From Deltaproteobacteria bacterium (lineage in GTDB: Bacteria > Desulfobacterota > Desulfomonilia > Desulfomonilales > Desulfomonilaceae), in contig JAPLJK010000023.1 of NCBI GenBank assembly GCA_026388625.1, positions 28,935-92,934 of the forward strand: a DNA stretch of 64,000 nucleotides, written 5' to 3'. Shown in pieces: positions 8,208 to 18,578 of the stretch (its first letter is position 1; each line of letters begins with the position of its first letter). The notes beneath the pieces are model-generated. The model did not search any database. It had not been told where the DNA came from and saw nothing but the letters and a program-made list of their open reading frames with translations. The position numbers and the translations under genes were made by a program.

Positions 8208-8626
8208 TTCAATAATCCTCTCGACAATGTTGGATAACCTTCTGGGTTGACGATCGCATATCAGCAAAACTGACTTTGCAATAAGTTGAAATGAAATGTG
8301 TAACTAATGTCAATCGGCGCTCAATCACGAGAATTAGCCGATACTTCTCGGGCTTGCCGCCATGTGTCCGAAGCGAAGTTCATACGAAGATACATGCGGG
8401 CAGGCTTCCTCGTTTGCAAGTAAGTCCTTATAAGTTATCGTTATAGTGGCATGAATCGCAATCGGCGCCACAATTCAGGTGTCCTCAATCACACGTTGAC
8501 AGGGAATCTTGATGGGAAAGGGGATCGATGTCAATCACTGGAATTTTCCGAGTTGAATTGAGACGTAAGCGGAAGGGTTGTCAGTAGAAATCGGATGATC
8601 TGGAAGTGAATTCACGTCAAAATGGT

Positions 8627-9550
8627 TCAGCGACTGTTCACGAAACGAATATAGAGGTCCACATTATTGCCGTCAGCGGCATCGCGCGTGGGAGGCAGGG
8701 AGTCCGACCCCGCGCCGACCGCCACGGCTCCGTGATTTATGAGTTCAGACGTCAAATGCCGATACGCTGAAGATGGAATTCGTATGCCTAACACTATTTC
8801 CCCGACGCGGTCACGGGCTATCTCACCAATAAGCTGACCATGAATATTGGGCAATATCCTCTTTACCGAGTCTATGGCCCTGTCCACGCTGCGGCTCTCA
8901 ACAGTCAAATTGTCAGCCCCAATCACGTCGGCTACGGTGGGGGTTGGGAGAGATTGAGCCTTGATTTGGCCGGCCTCTCCAATACGCCTGGGTGCCGACA
9001 TGGCATACTGAGGCATGGGGTCGGAACCGGGCGTTGGACCACTTTGGACACTCTTGCCAAAAACACCGGCAAGGCTGCTTTTGTCCGTAGGCCTCGACGT
9101 AGTACCACCGCCCACCGGCATGTTTGCCGCGCCTGAGGAATGACCCGACGAATCCGAAATAGATAGCATAGCCTCCGTAGTCGTCACCACGGGGTTCGGA
9201 ATATTATTGTAAGCGAAGAATCCAAGCACTGCGACGAAGGCTAGAGTTGTGACGCCCACCGGGAGGGGCAAGTACGGAGAAAAGGTAAAAAGATTCCTGA
9301 CGAATTGAAAAGATGAAGAGCGTTGGGGAGTTAAGTAAATCTTGGATCTGAGTTGGGCGACAAAATCGTCTGGAGGAGGAACTGTTTCCAGGTTGGATAG
9401 GGCCTGAATGGTAAACCCGTACCATTTCAAGTCCTCACGACAGAACGCACAACTATGTAAGTGCTCATTTACCAACCCCTCCGTGTCCGAATCCAACAGC
9501 CTCTCTTTTAAATCACCAAATAAATTACAGACACGTTCGCATTCCTTCAT
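8627..9550 (-). CDS. Anti-sigma factor (zf-HC2 type) with one transmembrane segment
   Basis: The N-terminal H-x3-C-x2-C motif is HLHSCAFCRED. There is a central TM helix (VGVTTLAFVAVLGFFAY). The gene overlaps the upstream ECF sigma gene by 4 nt. Confidence 0.7.
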   Translation of the reverse strand: MKECERVCNLFGDLKERLLDSDTEGLVNEHLHSCAFCREDLKWYGFTIQALSNLETVPPPDDFVAQLRSKIYLTPQRSSSFQFVRNLFTFSPYLPLPVGVTTLAFVAVLGFFAYNNIPNPVVTTTEAMLSISDSSGHSSGAANMPVGGGTTSRPTDKSSLAGVFGKSVQSGPTPGSDPMPQYAMSAPRRIGEAGQIKAQSLPTPTVADVIGADNLTVESRSVDRAIDSVKRILPNIHGQLIGEIARDRVGEIVLGIRIPSSAYRHLTSELINHGAVAVGAGSDSLPPTRDAADGNNVDLYIRFVNSR

Positions 9551-10236
9551 GACAACACCCTCTTCAATTTTTCTTTTACAACCATGCGCGCTCTGTGCAA
9601 GCGTGATTTTGTAGTTCCCTCCGGCAGATTAAGAACCTGAGCTATTTCTTCGTATGAAAACCCTTCTATGTCCCGCAGGATGACAATCTCTTTGTGGTCC
9701 GGATCAAGCTCGTTAATTGCGTCCTGGACGATCTTTTGTATCTGCTTGCCAGCGAGCATCGTCTCGGGGTTGGTTGAAAAATCCGGGACTTCCCGCTGCT
9801 GCGTCTCACGTTCGTCATCGCCTTCTGACTGGCTCTTGCTTGTAAAGTAGCCACGTCGTTTGAGATACTTGAACCTGTTTTTGCCTCGGTTCGTGGCAAT
9901 CTGAAAAAGCCACGTCGAGAATTTGGCGTCACCTCTAAATTTGTTTAGATTCTGATATGCGGCAGTGAAAATCTCCTGGGAAAGATCGTTGGCCTCTTCT
10001 GGGTCCCCGACGTATCTATAGGCGAGGTTATAAATCTTCTTGTAGTATTTCTCGACAAGCGCATCAAAAGAATCTCTCCGGCCAAGCTGAGTACTCTCAA
10101 CCAGTTGACCGTCTTCATCGTTCTCTACCCTGAGGGCACAGAACATGACCAGACTCACGATATTCAGACACAAAGAGTTCAGAATTGTTTCAAGGGAGGC
10201 CGCCACGAGATGATTTTTCTCCGAGGAAAATCTCAT
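9547..10236 (-). CDS. ECF-type RNA polymerase sigma-70 family factor
   Basis: Region 2 reads FDALVEKYYKKIYNLAYRYVGDPEEANDLSQEIF...FSTWLFQIATN. Region 4 reads ILRDIEGFSYEEIAQVLNLPEGTTKSRLHRAR. The start is uncertain, and the internal ATG at 10146 is plausible. Confidence 0.85.
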   Translation of the reverse strand: MRFSSEKNHLVAASLETILNSLCLNIVSLVMFCALRVENDEDGQLVESTQLGRRDSFDALVEKYYKKIYNLAYRYVGDPEEANDLSQEIFTAAYQNLNKFRGDAKFSTWLFQIATNRGKNRFKYLKRRGYFTSKSQSEGDDERETQQREVPDFSTNPETMLAGKQIQKIVQDAINELDPDHKEIVILRDIEGFSYEEIAQVLNLPEGTTKSRLHRARMVVKEKLKRVLS

Positions 10237-10451
10237 TGAAAATAAGAGAAATTTGAGTACAAAGTCAAGAATTATGGCGCTATTTATAGGAATTAAAGAG
10301 TAAACACGTGACTGTCGGAGCTTTTGATGAATATATGTTTGCTCAGGGAAGCCGAAATCGGTATCCTTTAATGAAACCTCGTCTCAGCCCTGGAAGCCGC
10401 ATGGCAAGAGAGAACAATGAGGTAGAAGATTTTCCGCTCAGGAGGAGAGTC

Positions 10452-11633
10452 ATGCAGTTGTCGAGGAGGGTAACGGAAACACACCCTTATCTATTTCACT
10501 TGATAGACGAAAAACGCAAGGCCGCCCAGAAAATGGGCATAGATGTCATTTCCTTGGCCATAGGCGACCCGGATCGGCCTACACCCGGCTTTGTCCTCGA
10601 TCTTATGGACGAAGAAATGCATAATCCTCGCAACCATTTGTATCCAAGCTACAAAGGGGAACCGGATTTCTGTGTGGCTGTTTCGGAGTGGTTTAAAAAA
10701 CGTTTTGACGTCCAATTGGATCCGGAAAAGGAAATAATGGCCGTAATAGGAGCGAAAGACGCCGTCTCTCATCTGCCTTTTGTGTTCCTGGATCCAGGAG
10801 ATTCGGGCCTCGTGACCGACCCCGCGTACCCGGTTTACCAGGTAGCAATCGGATTCGCCGGCGCTGAAGTAATACGCGTCCCTCTCCGGGAGGAAACAGG
10901 ATTCTTGCCGGACCTCGATGCAATACCTGTGGCCGCGGCGGAGCGCGCAAAGATAATGTTTGTCAACTACCCCAACAATCCTACTTCGGCCGTTGCGGAT
11001 CCAGGTTTTTTCGAGAGGCTGGTAGCGTTTGCCATAAAGTATGACATAGTGGTTCTCTCGGATAACGCATATTCGGAAGTTTATTTCGAAGAAGAGGATC
11101 GGCCCGTAAGTATCATGGGAGTCAAAGGGGCAAAGGACATTGCGATCGAAATACACTCGTTTTCCAAGACCTTCAACATGACGGGCTGGAGAGTTGGTTT
11201 CGTCACCGGTGGAAAGCGGCTTATCGAAGCCTTTCTCACCCTGAAGTCCAATTTTGATTCCGGCGTCTTTATGGCCGTTCAGCGAGCGGCGGCCAGGGCG
11301 TTAGGTCATCCGCAAGGGGAGGCTTTCAAGCGGGAGCGAACGGCTCTTTTCAAGGGGCGCAGGGACCGTATTGCAGCGGTCTTGGATGACCTGCGATTCA
11401 GGTTCCAACTTCCTCGAGCGAGCTACTATTTCTGGGTACGAATTCCCGATTCATTCCATTCTTCAGTCGAATTCTGCGCAGCCCTCTTGGAAAAGAAGGG
11501 GCTGGTTGTCACGCCGGGTGTGGGTTACGGGCCTGCTGGGGAAAGGTTCTTCAGGGTTTCAATGACTGCCCCTGACGATAGGATAGAGCAGGGTATGGAA
11601 AGACTCAAAGAATTCGTGAAGGAACAATTATGA
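10452..11633 (+). CDS. dapL: LL-diaminopimelate aminotransferase-like class I aminotransferase
   Basis: The N-terminus YLFHLIDEKRK...VISLAIGDPDRPTP is DapL-like, and the PLP-Lys motif is SFSKTFNMTGWRVG. The ATG at 10452 is preceded by GGAGGAGAG. The ORF track's upstream extension has no SD. Confidence 0.6.
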   Translation: MQLSRRVTETHPYLFHLIDEKRKAAQKMGIDVISLAIGDPDRPTPGFVLDLMDEEMHNPRNHLYPSYKGEPDFCVAVSEWFKKRFDVQLDPEKEIMAVIGAKDAVSHLPFVFLDPGDSGLVTDPAYPVYQVAIGFAGAEVIRVPLREETGFLPDLDAIPVAAAERAKIMFVNYPNNPTSAVADPGFFERLVAFAIKYDIVVLSDNAYSEVYFEEEDRPVSIMGVKGAKDIAIEIHSFSKTFNMTGWRVGFVTGGKRLIEAFLTLKSNFDSGVFMAVQRAAARALGHPQGEAFKRERTALFKGRRDRIAAVLDDLRFRFQLPRASYYFWVRIPDSFHSSVEFCAALLEKKGLVVTPGVGYGPAGERFFRVSMTAPDDRIEQGMERLKEFVKEQL

Positions 11634-12763
11634 GAGCGACATTAGTGTTGGCCGACGGAACCGTATTTAACGGCAGATCCATGGGTGCCCCTGGAGAAAA
11701 GATAGGCGAAGTGGTCTTTAATACTGCAATTACAGGCTACCAGGAGATTCTCACCGATCCGTCATACCGGGGACAGATAGTCACTATGACTTATCCTCAT
11801 ATTGGAAACACGGGCGTGAACTTTGAGGATAACGAGTCGGTGAAACCTTTTCTAGAGGGATTCATCGTCAAAGAGTATTGCCCGCATCCCAGCAACTGGC
11901 GAAGGAATAATGACTTGGAGGAGTTTCTAAAGAAATACGATGTAATCGGGATTCAGGAAATCGATACAAGAAAACTTACGCGCAACCTTCGAAAAACGGG
12001 CGCCAAGAAAGGCATAATTTCCACTGAGGATCATGATGTCGCCCGTCTCCGCCGAAAAGTCAGGGATTACCCTAATATCGAGGGGTTCGATCTGGTTAAG
12101 GATGTCACATGTTCAAATCCCTATGACTGGGATGAGGGGACATGGAGATGGAATGGTGCCCCTGCTCAAACCGAGTCGGCATTCAGAGTGGCTGCCTACG
12201 ACTTCGGTATCAAACAGAACAGTCTTCGACTGCTTGTGGATTCCGGGGCCAAGGTAAGAGTCTTTCCCGCATTCACAACCAGCGAAGAGATTCTTGAGTT
12301 CAATCCCGATGGAATTTTCTTGTCGAACGGGCCGGGAGATCCTGAGGCAGTTCCGTATGCGATCGAGAGCATCAGAAACCTCATCGGGAAGAAACCTATC
12401 TTTGGAATTTGTCTGGGCCACCAGATCCTGGGGTTGGCCTTAGGAGGCAAGACTTATAAGCTGCATTTCGGCCATCACGGAGCCAACCATCCGGTGAGAA
12501 GGCTTGAGACAGGTCGGGTGGAAATCACTTCCCAGAATCACAACTTTGCTGTTGCGCCTGAAACTGTGACGGACGAGTGCGACATAACACACATAAACCT
12601 CAACGATCAGACGGTTGAAGGCATGATGCACAGGAAGTATCCGCTGCTCTCAGTACAATACCACCCAGAGGGATCGCCTGGACCTCATGATTCCCGTTAT
12701 CTGTTTGAAAGATTCAAGGAGATGATTGAGGAACGGCCAGGTGATGTCAGTTCCCTCAGGTGA
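11630..12763 (+). CDS. carA: Carbamoyl-phosphate synthase small (glutaminase) subunit
   Basis: Motifs seen: GEVVFNTAITGYQEILTDPSYRGQIVTMTYPHIGNTG; the GATase triad region GICLGHQ; and ...QYHPE. The start overlaps the dapL stop (ATGA). Confidence 0.9.
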   Translation: MRATLVLADGTVFNGRSMGAPGEKIGEVVFNTAITGYQEILTDPSYRGQIVTMTYPHIGNTGVNFEDNESVKPFLEGFIVKEYCPHPSNWRRNNDLEEFLKKYDVIGIQEIDTRKLTRNLRKTGAKKGIISTEDHDVARLRRKVRDYPNIEGFDLVKDVTCSNPYDWDEGTWRWNGAPAQTESAFRVAAYDFGIKQNSLRLLVDSGAKVRVFPAFTTSEEILEFNPDGIFLSNGPGDPEAVPYAIESIRNLIGKKPIFGICLGHQILGLALGGKTYKLHFGHHGANHPVRRLETGRVEITSQNHNFAVAPETVTDECDITHINLNDQTVEGMMHRKYPLLSVQYHPEGSPGPHDSRYLFERFKEMIEERPGDVSSLR

Positions 12764-12887
12764 AGTATGCAAGTCCGGCAGTCAAACTGAGACACTATGA
12801 TTCGACTGGGGGGAGCTTGCCTGAAGGTGGCAGAAAAATGTGGCATGGTCGAACGCGAACGGGTATGGGGTTTCTTCTTGGAAAAGA

Positions 12888-14102
12888 TCAAAAGTTTCTG
12901 GACGCCCAGCGATATATTCTCTCCGCGGCAGTGAAGTGTTTAGGCGTGTTGAGCAAAACTACAAGGTGTTCTTTCTTCTGATCCCTGAAGAGCGCCACGA
13001 TGCATTTTCCGGCTGCATCGGTATATCCGGTTTTGGCGCCTGCGATCGGCAAGCCCCTGTGAAGCAATTTGTCGTTTGATGCCAGCCTGTATTCTCTGGG
13101 TTTTGGGTTTCTGGTACGCATCGTGTAAGTCTTGGTGCTGGAAACCTTACTGATAAGAGGATAGGAAAAGGCGCGTCGGGCTATGAGGGCTACGTCTTCC
13201 GCCGATGCCGTGTTCGCCATTCTGGATGTAGGGTCAGAAGCGATCTTTCCCTCTCCCCCCACCTTCATGTCCAGTCCACTGGGAGTAAAGATGGTGGTGT
13301 TTGTGGCGCCGATCTGTCCTGCGCGGCTATTCATGGCCGCCATGAAGCCCTTCCTCCCTCCTTTGGGATAAGCTCTTGCCAATACTTCTGCACAATCGTT
13401 GCCCGATGCGACCAGCAGTCCGTACAAGAGATCCTTAACACTGATCATGTCTCCAGGCTTGATTCCAACAACGTGACGTTCAACCCCCTTGATGTCTTTT
13501 GGAACCTCGAGTACCTTTTCCAGGTCCATCTCATCTATGACGGTCATGGCCGTCAACAGCTTGGTGATGCTTGCTATCGGCAGTGGAAAGGAGGAATTCT
13601 CCGCCAATCTGACCTCATTGGATAAGCAATCCACACAGAGCATCGCCTTGGCCTTCACCCCAGGCCGTGAAAGCTTCTTCATATCATTGGGCGTCGCTGA
13701 AAATACGGCGCTTTTCAAAATCTTGGGAGTCACTGACAGGCCGTCTCTAGGGGGCGCACTACTATCTACCTGGCCCTTTGGCCGAAGTTCGACCGACGCC
13801 TTTCGTGAACTTGTCGAAACCGTCAAGGGCTTCAGGTCTCCAGTCCGCATTGTCAACGGCGACATCGGAGGCGGCATCGACAGGGACCGGCGCTCCAAGG
13901 GTGTCCTGGATTTTGGAGATTTCTTGGCTTCAGCTTGAGGGTATGTGAATTTGGCCGCGACCGGACGAGGGGGGTCTGCGCTCCGCACTCTCTCAACCAT
14001 CGCGTCAAAGGAGTTTCTCGAATAATCCGGTTCCAGAGCCCACAGCCGGGGAGCCGTCAGGAGCAACAGTATCAGGAGCAGGAGCGTGATTATTGCTCGC
14101 AA
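12888..14102 (-). CDS. D-alanyl-D-alanine carboxypeptidase (peptidase S11, low-MW PBP)
   Basis: It has a signal peptide and the motifs SxxK (SITKL), SGN (SGND) and KTG (KTGYT). The TTG start is preceded by AGGAGG. Confidence 0.75.
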   Translation of the reverse strand: MRAIITLLLLILLLLTAPRLWALEPDYSRNSFDAMVERVRSADPPRPVAAKFTYPQAEAKKSPKSRTPLERRSLSMPPPMSPLTMRTGDLKPLTVSTSSRKASVELRPKGQVDSSAPPRDGLSVTPKILKSAVFSATPNDMKKLSRPGVKAKAMLCVDCLSNEVRLAENSSFPLPIASITKLLTAMTVIDEMDLEKVLEVPKDIKGVERHVVGIKPGDMISVKDLLYGLLVASGNDCAEVLARAYPKGGRKGFMAAMNSRAGQIGATNTTIFTPSGLDMKVGGEGKIASDPTSRMANTASAEDVALIARRAFSYPLISKVSSTKTYTMRTRNPKPREYRLASNDKLLHRGLPIAGAKTGYTDAAGKCIVALFRDQKKEHLVVLLNTPKHFTAAERIYRWASRNF

Positions 14103-14403
14103 CGGTCCTCCTTTCTAGATCCCGTCCCAGAGACTGAATCACTAAGGTTCTCGGGAATCCCATATTTCGCAACTACTTCGACAATCATTGAGGAGTATCC
14201 CAGTGAAAAAAGTAACTACATAAAAGTAAGCTGATCCGCCAAAATTGTCAAGAAAATCCAGTTTGTTTATCTAACAGTTTCGCTTAAGTATTTGAAATCA
14301 GACTCAACGCTACTGGTATCCATTTTAATGTAATATTGTCATGGATATTGGACCCTCTACATCCCGCGAAGACCCAAATGGTTAAATGGTTAAACTGCAA
14401 AGC

Positions 14404-15243
14404 TCATGCGGAACCGTTGGGTCGAAATCCGATTGCTCCCTGGAAACATTCGGGCTCGGGTGAGAAATCCTTTTCAATCATGGCATAGGCGCTGTGATTA
14501 TGAATGGATTCGTAATTTTCAGCTTCAATCCTGTACCACGGAAAGTTATTCTTGGCTTTGAGCCTTGAAACAGCAGATCTCACCACGTCCTCAACAAACA
14601 TGGGGTTATCGTAGGCTCTCTCAGTGACGTATTTCTCATCAGGCCTCTTGAGGAGAGAGAAGATTTCAGAACTCACGGATGATTCTACGACCTCGATGAT
14701 TTCCTCAATCCAGAAGAATTTCTTGAACCTGAGTTGGACCCTGACGAGACCTCGCTGATTGTGAGCCCCGTACTGGGAAATCTCTTTCGAACAAGGGCAA
14801 ACTGTCGTCACAGGAACCTCAACACCGACTATCAGATCAAAACGATCAGACAACGCGCCCCTCATGAAACATGTGTAGGACATCAGCCCTGGAGTTGCGG
14901 TGACAGGAGCATTCTTCTCTATAAAATAGGGAAACTCAACGTTCATGTGAGCACTCTTGGCATTGAGTTTTTTCTTTATCTTCTCCAGGATGTCCTCGAA
15001 CTTTTCCATGGAGATTTCACCTCGGAACTCGTTGAGCACCTCAATGAAACGGCTCATGTGAGTCCCTTTGAAGTTGTGCGGCAGATTGACAAACAGGTCG
15101 AACAGGCCTACTGTGTGTTGTAAGCCTTTACTTCTATCTTTGACACTTATGGGATAGCGCAACCCCTTAACGCCTACCTTGTCGATCGGAATCTGGCGAT
15201 TGTCGGGTAAATTCTGGATATCAGGAATAGAAAAGACTTTCAC
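14404..15243 (-). CDS. folE2: GTP cyclohydrolase IB (FolE2/MptA family)
   Basis: The N-terminus is DIQNLPDNRQIPIDKVGVKGLRYPISV and there is a CPCS metal motif (TTVCPCSKEIS). The length is about 279 aa. The GTG start is preceded by AGGGAG. Confidence 0.8.
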   Translation of the reverse strand: MKVFSIPDIQNLPDNRQIPIDKVGVKGLRYPISVKDRSKGLQHTVGLFDLFVNLPHNFKGTHMSRFIEVLNEFRGEISMEKFEDILEKIKKKLNAKSAHMNVEFPYFIEKNAPVTATPGLMSYTCFMRGALSDRFDLIVGVEVPVTTVCPCSKEISQYGAHNQRGLVRVQLRFKKFFWIEEIIEVVESSVSSEIFSLLKRPDEKYVTERAYDNPMFVEDVVRSAVSRLKAKNNFPWYRIEAENYESIHNHSAYAMIEKDFSPEPECFQGAIGFRPNGSA

Positions 15244-15446
15244 ACGATTTCTCCCTTAAAACGTACACCCAAGTATACTGAACTCGACGTATCTAAAATT
15301 GAACACTCTCGTGAAAAAAACAGCCTCACCAAGCGATTCTGCTGCCAGTCGGCGAGAAGACCTCTCCACCCCATGGGACGACGTCAAGAAGCAGGCCTTG
15401 GCGAATCGGTTCATCCCAATGGAAGTCCAAGTTCATGTTTGAATGC

Positions 15447-15830
15447 TCACAGCGACTCGTCTGCTCTGAAAAAAGTGGCCCTCGAAGTATCGGACTCCCA
15501 CACGGACACACTGTAGAGCATTATAGCCTGATGATCCAGTTCACGGGCTATTTCGGAAAACAAGAAGGCTGCAATATTCTCTGCCGAAGGCTCGATTTCA
15601 ACGAACGGCTCAATTTCGTTGAGGAAAGAGTGGTCTAGTCTTTCAAGGACTCTACTGGAGGCTTTTTTCAAATCGCCGAAGTCGATAACCATGCCGCATC
15701 TACCGGTCTGAGAAGCTCTTACGGAGACATGTACCCGGTAGTTGTGGCCGTGCAAATGTTCGCACTTTCCGTTGTAATCTCTCAATCGGTGTGCTGCTGA
15801 GAAGGCAGCAATGATTTCAACTTCATACAT
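15447..15830 (-). CDS. queD: 6-carboxytetrahydropterin / 6-pyruvoyl-tetrahydropterin synthase family protein
   Basis: The N-terminus is MYEVEIIAAFSAAHRL and the motif C-x3-HGH is present (KCEHLHGHNY). The length is 127 aa. QueD and PTPS-III cannot be separated by eye. Confidence 0.75.
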   Translation of the reverse strand: MYEVEIIAAFSAAHRLRDYNGKCEHLHGHNYRVHVSVRASQTGRCGMVIDFGDLKKASSRVLERLDHSFLNEIEPFVEIEPSAENIAAFLFSEIARELDHQAIMLYSVSVWESDTSRATFFRADESL

Positions 15831-16030
15831 AGACTGATCGCTCCGTCAGTGGCAGGCTGTTGTTAACCCAGAACATTAAAAGTTATCTGAAACGTATCGA
15901 TTGTGTCAAGGAAAATCTAAAAATCCGTTGACAACGTTCGCCGGATAAGAATATATCCACAGTCAACTGCCCGGAAAATAGCGCCATGCTTCAGGTGCTT
16001 GTCCGGAAAGCGTTTGAGAGGAGTCCTTGA

Positions 16031-17056
16031 ATGACGTCTTTCCGTTTAATAGTTCTGGCCACCTTATCATATATTGCCGCGTCGGTGATCGCATTGGACG
16101 GTTCCAGCAGAGCCGATGATTTCATGCTCCGCAAGGCAGCAACTCCTTCTCATTCGAGCAGCGTCAATGCTTACGAACTGGCCCCAAAGAACGAGGTGTA
16201 TGTTGAGAGTCGGAAAAGTCCCATTGGACTGTCTCCCATGCCATTTAGGCCCGAACCGGCTGCGAGTCAACCAGAGACCCGCCACGAAGAATCTTCAAGC
16301 CGGTACTTAAACTTTCCTGACATACGGGATCTCATCAAAAGAGTCAACGCTTCCGTCGTGTCTATCAGAATGCTCGAATCCGGCTCAGGCTGGTCCATAG
16401 GAAACCTCGGGTTTTCCGGTGATTCGTCCGGCAAGGCCATGGGCTACGGCTCCGGATTCATCGTTTCCCGAAACGGCCTAATTTTCACCAACGAACACGT
16501 CTTGCGGAATGGAACTCAAATAGAAGTTGAACTGCTCAACGGTAAAAAATACACGGGCAGATCTCTTTTCAAGGACAGTAAGAATGATCTTGCCATACTG
16601 AAAATCGATGCCGACGACCTTCAACCGGTAAAGATGGGGAACTCTGACGGCGTCGAATTGGGGGAGTGGGTCATAGGAATCGGCAATCCGTACGGTATAG
16701 GGCAATCCGTTATGATTGGAATTGTCAGCGCGCAGAGGCGGATCATTCCCGGAGCAGGCTACCCCCCTTTGATTCAGATCGATGCAGCCATGAATCTGGG
16801 AAATTCTGGTGGACCTCTTTTCAATATTGAAGGTGAGGTCATTGGAGTCAACACGATCCTGCTCTGGAAGAGCCAAGGCATAGGATTTGCCACCCCGATC
16901 AATGTTGCCAAGGATTTTCTGGCGCGTAACAAACTCGTCACGCAGCCCGTTAGGGCCGCTGCTGCTACTGGTCCCCTTGGCCCCGCCTCGGACCAGCCCC
17001 GATCCATGACCGAGCCTTTCAATCCTTTTGACCCCCCGTGGAAATTCAAGCGCTGA
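16031..17056 (+). CDS. Trypsin-like serine protease (S1C/HtrA-like, no PDZ domain evident)
   Basis: It has a signal-like N-terminus and the catalytic motifs TNEHV, DLAILKI and GNSGGPLFN. Confidence 0.75.
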   Translation: MTSFRLIVLATLSYIAASVIALDGSSRADDFMLRKAATPSHSSSVNAYELAPKNEVYVESRKSPIGLSPMPFRPEPAASQPETRHEESSSRYLNFPDIRDLIKRVNASVVSIRMLESGSGWSIGNLGFSGDSSGKAMGYGSGFIVSRNGLIFTNEHVLRNGTQIEVELLNGKKYTGRSLFKDSKNDLAILKIDADDLQPVKMGNSDGVELGEWVIGIGNPYGIGQSVMIGIVSAQRRIIPGAGYPPLIQIDAAMNLGNSGGPLFNIEGEVIGVNTILLWKSQGIGFATPINVAKDFLARNKLVTQPVRAAAATGPLGPASDQPRSMTEPFNPFDPPWKFKR

Positions 17057-17159
17057 AACATTAATGGTGTGAAGACCACTGTGAACATTTGCAGATCCGA
17101 AACAATGAACTCGGATTCCAGCACCCTAATCCGCAGACCTTGCTCATGGAGTTCAAGAT

Positions 17160-18578
17160 ATGCCTGAAAAGAAAGAGTCAAAGAAGACCCGTCAGCTCAG
17201 AAAAAGGCTGTTCAGAGATCATACCCGGTGCTGGGACAGCCTCGGCCAAGACGAAAGGAAGCAGGTTTTTGATTACGCTCAACGATATCGCGACTTCTTG
17301 AATAAGGCTCGCACCGAGCGGACAACAGTACGGTTTTTAGTGGATTCCGTGGTCAAGCAGGGGTTTTGTGATTTGAATACCGAGACTAGTGGATCCAGAC
17401 GTGTATTCGAGGTATTCAGAGGCAAGTTTCTCGCCTTGGCCGTACTTGGAAAACGACCCATGACAGAAGGAGTCAGGATTATCACATCGCACGTGGACAG
17501 CCCTCGCCTTGATCTCAAGCCAAACCCGCTTTACGAGGACTCCGGCTTGGCCCTGTTAAAGACCCATTATTATGGCGGCATAAAGAAATATCACTGGGTT
17601 GCGCGATCTCTCGGCCTCTGCGGGACCGTAGTCCGATCCGACGGTTCAGTGTTGAGCATCGAAATCGGATTTGAGCCCGATGACCCGGTGCTTACCATTC
17701 CCGACCTCCTGCCTCATCTTTCAAAAAAGCTTATGGACCAGAAGGCTTCGGAATTCATTCCTGGTGAAAATCTCAATCTCGTTGTCGCCGGGATCCCGTA
17801 CGAAGACAAGGAAGCCACGGATCGAGTCAAACTGGCCGTGCTCGAACTCTTGGACCGGAAGTACAGAATCAGCGAAGAAGATTTTGTAGGAGCCGACATC
17901 GAGATTGTGCCAGCCGAACCGGCCCGAGACTCCGGCTTTGATAGGAGTCTCATAGCAGCGTACGGTCAGGATGATCGCGTCTGCGCTTACACGAGTTTCA
18001 CCGCATTGATGGAAACCGTCGAGCCGGAACATTCTGCCATTGCCGTGTTTTACGACAAGGAAGAGATCGGCAGCGAGGGGAACACAAGCGCAAAATCAAA
18101 GGTCCTGGAAATGTTCCTTATGGACCTGATGCATGTTTCAGGCGCAGAACCGTCAACGAGAAATCTCCATTCCTGCTGTTTCAACAGTAAAGCGCTTTGC
18201 GCGGATGTCGCCGCGGCTCTGGACCCGACGTATTCCGACGTTTACGAGAAGCGGAATTGCGCTCAACTCGGTTATGGTATCAGCCTTACGAAGTACACGG
18301 GGCATGGCGGCAAATACATGGCGTCGGAAGCAAACGCCGAGTATGTTTCGTGGGTCAGAAAACTGTTCAACGAAAACGGTATTGTCTGGCAAGCAGGGGA
18401 TCTGGGCAAGATCGATGAGGGCGGTGGCGGAACAGTGGCAAAGTATCTTGCCAATTCCGGAATGGAAATCCTCGATTGTGGTCCGGCTGTCCTGGGGATG
18501 CATTCTCCGCTCGAGTTGAGTTCCAAGGATGATATTTGGATGTGTCATAAGGCATTCAAAGTGTTTTTTGGTAGTTGA
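17160..18578 (+). CDS. M18 family aminopeptidase
   Basis: Motifs seen: SHVDSPRLDLKPNP, YYGGIKKYHW, and ...DKEEIGSEG. The length is about 470 aa. Confidence 0.75.
   Translation: MPEKKESKKTRQLRKRLFRDHTRCWDSLGQDERKQVFDYAQRYRDFLNKARTERTTVRFLVDSVVKQGFCDLNTETSGSRRVFEVFRGKFLALAVLGKRPMTEGVRIITSHVDSPRLDLKPNPLYEDSGLALLKTHYYGGIKKYHWVARSLGLCGTVVRSDGSVLSIEIGFEPDDPVLTIPDLLPHLSKKLMDQKASEFIPGENLNLVVAGIPYEDKEATDRVKLAVLELLDRKYRISEEDFVGADIEIVPAEPARDSGFDRSLIAAYGQDDRVCAYTSFTALMETVEPEHSAIAVFYDKEEIGSEGNTSAKSKVLEMFLMDLMHVSGAEPSTRNLHSCCFNSKALCADVAAALDPTYSDVYEKRNCAQLGYGISLTKYTGHGGKYMASEANAEYVSWVRKLFNENGIVWQAGDLGKIDEGGGGTVAKYLANSGMEILDCGPAVLGMHSPLELSSKDDIWMCHKAFKVFFGS

Noticed and set aside
10491-11156. 221-aa ORF antisense to dapL
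   Set aside because: It is a shadow ORF. The sense strand carries clear aminotransferase motifs.
11630-12763. carA without an adjacent carB (likewise purE without purK). carA is also translationally coupled to dapL.
   Set aside because: Scattered biosynthetic genes are common. The partners are probably elsewhere in the genome, and nothing in the sequence suggests a new function.
14355-14385. Short tandem duplication AATGGTTAAATGGTTAAAC downstream of folE2
   Set aside because: It has only two copies of an 8-nt unit, which is within chance or slippage expectations and has no obvious structure.
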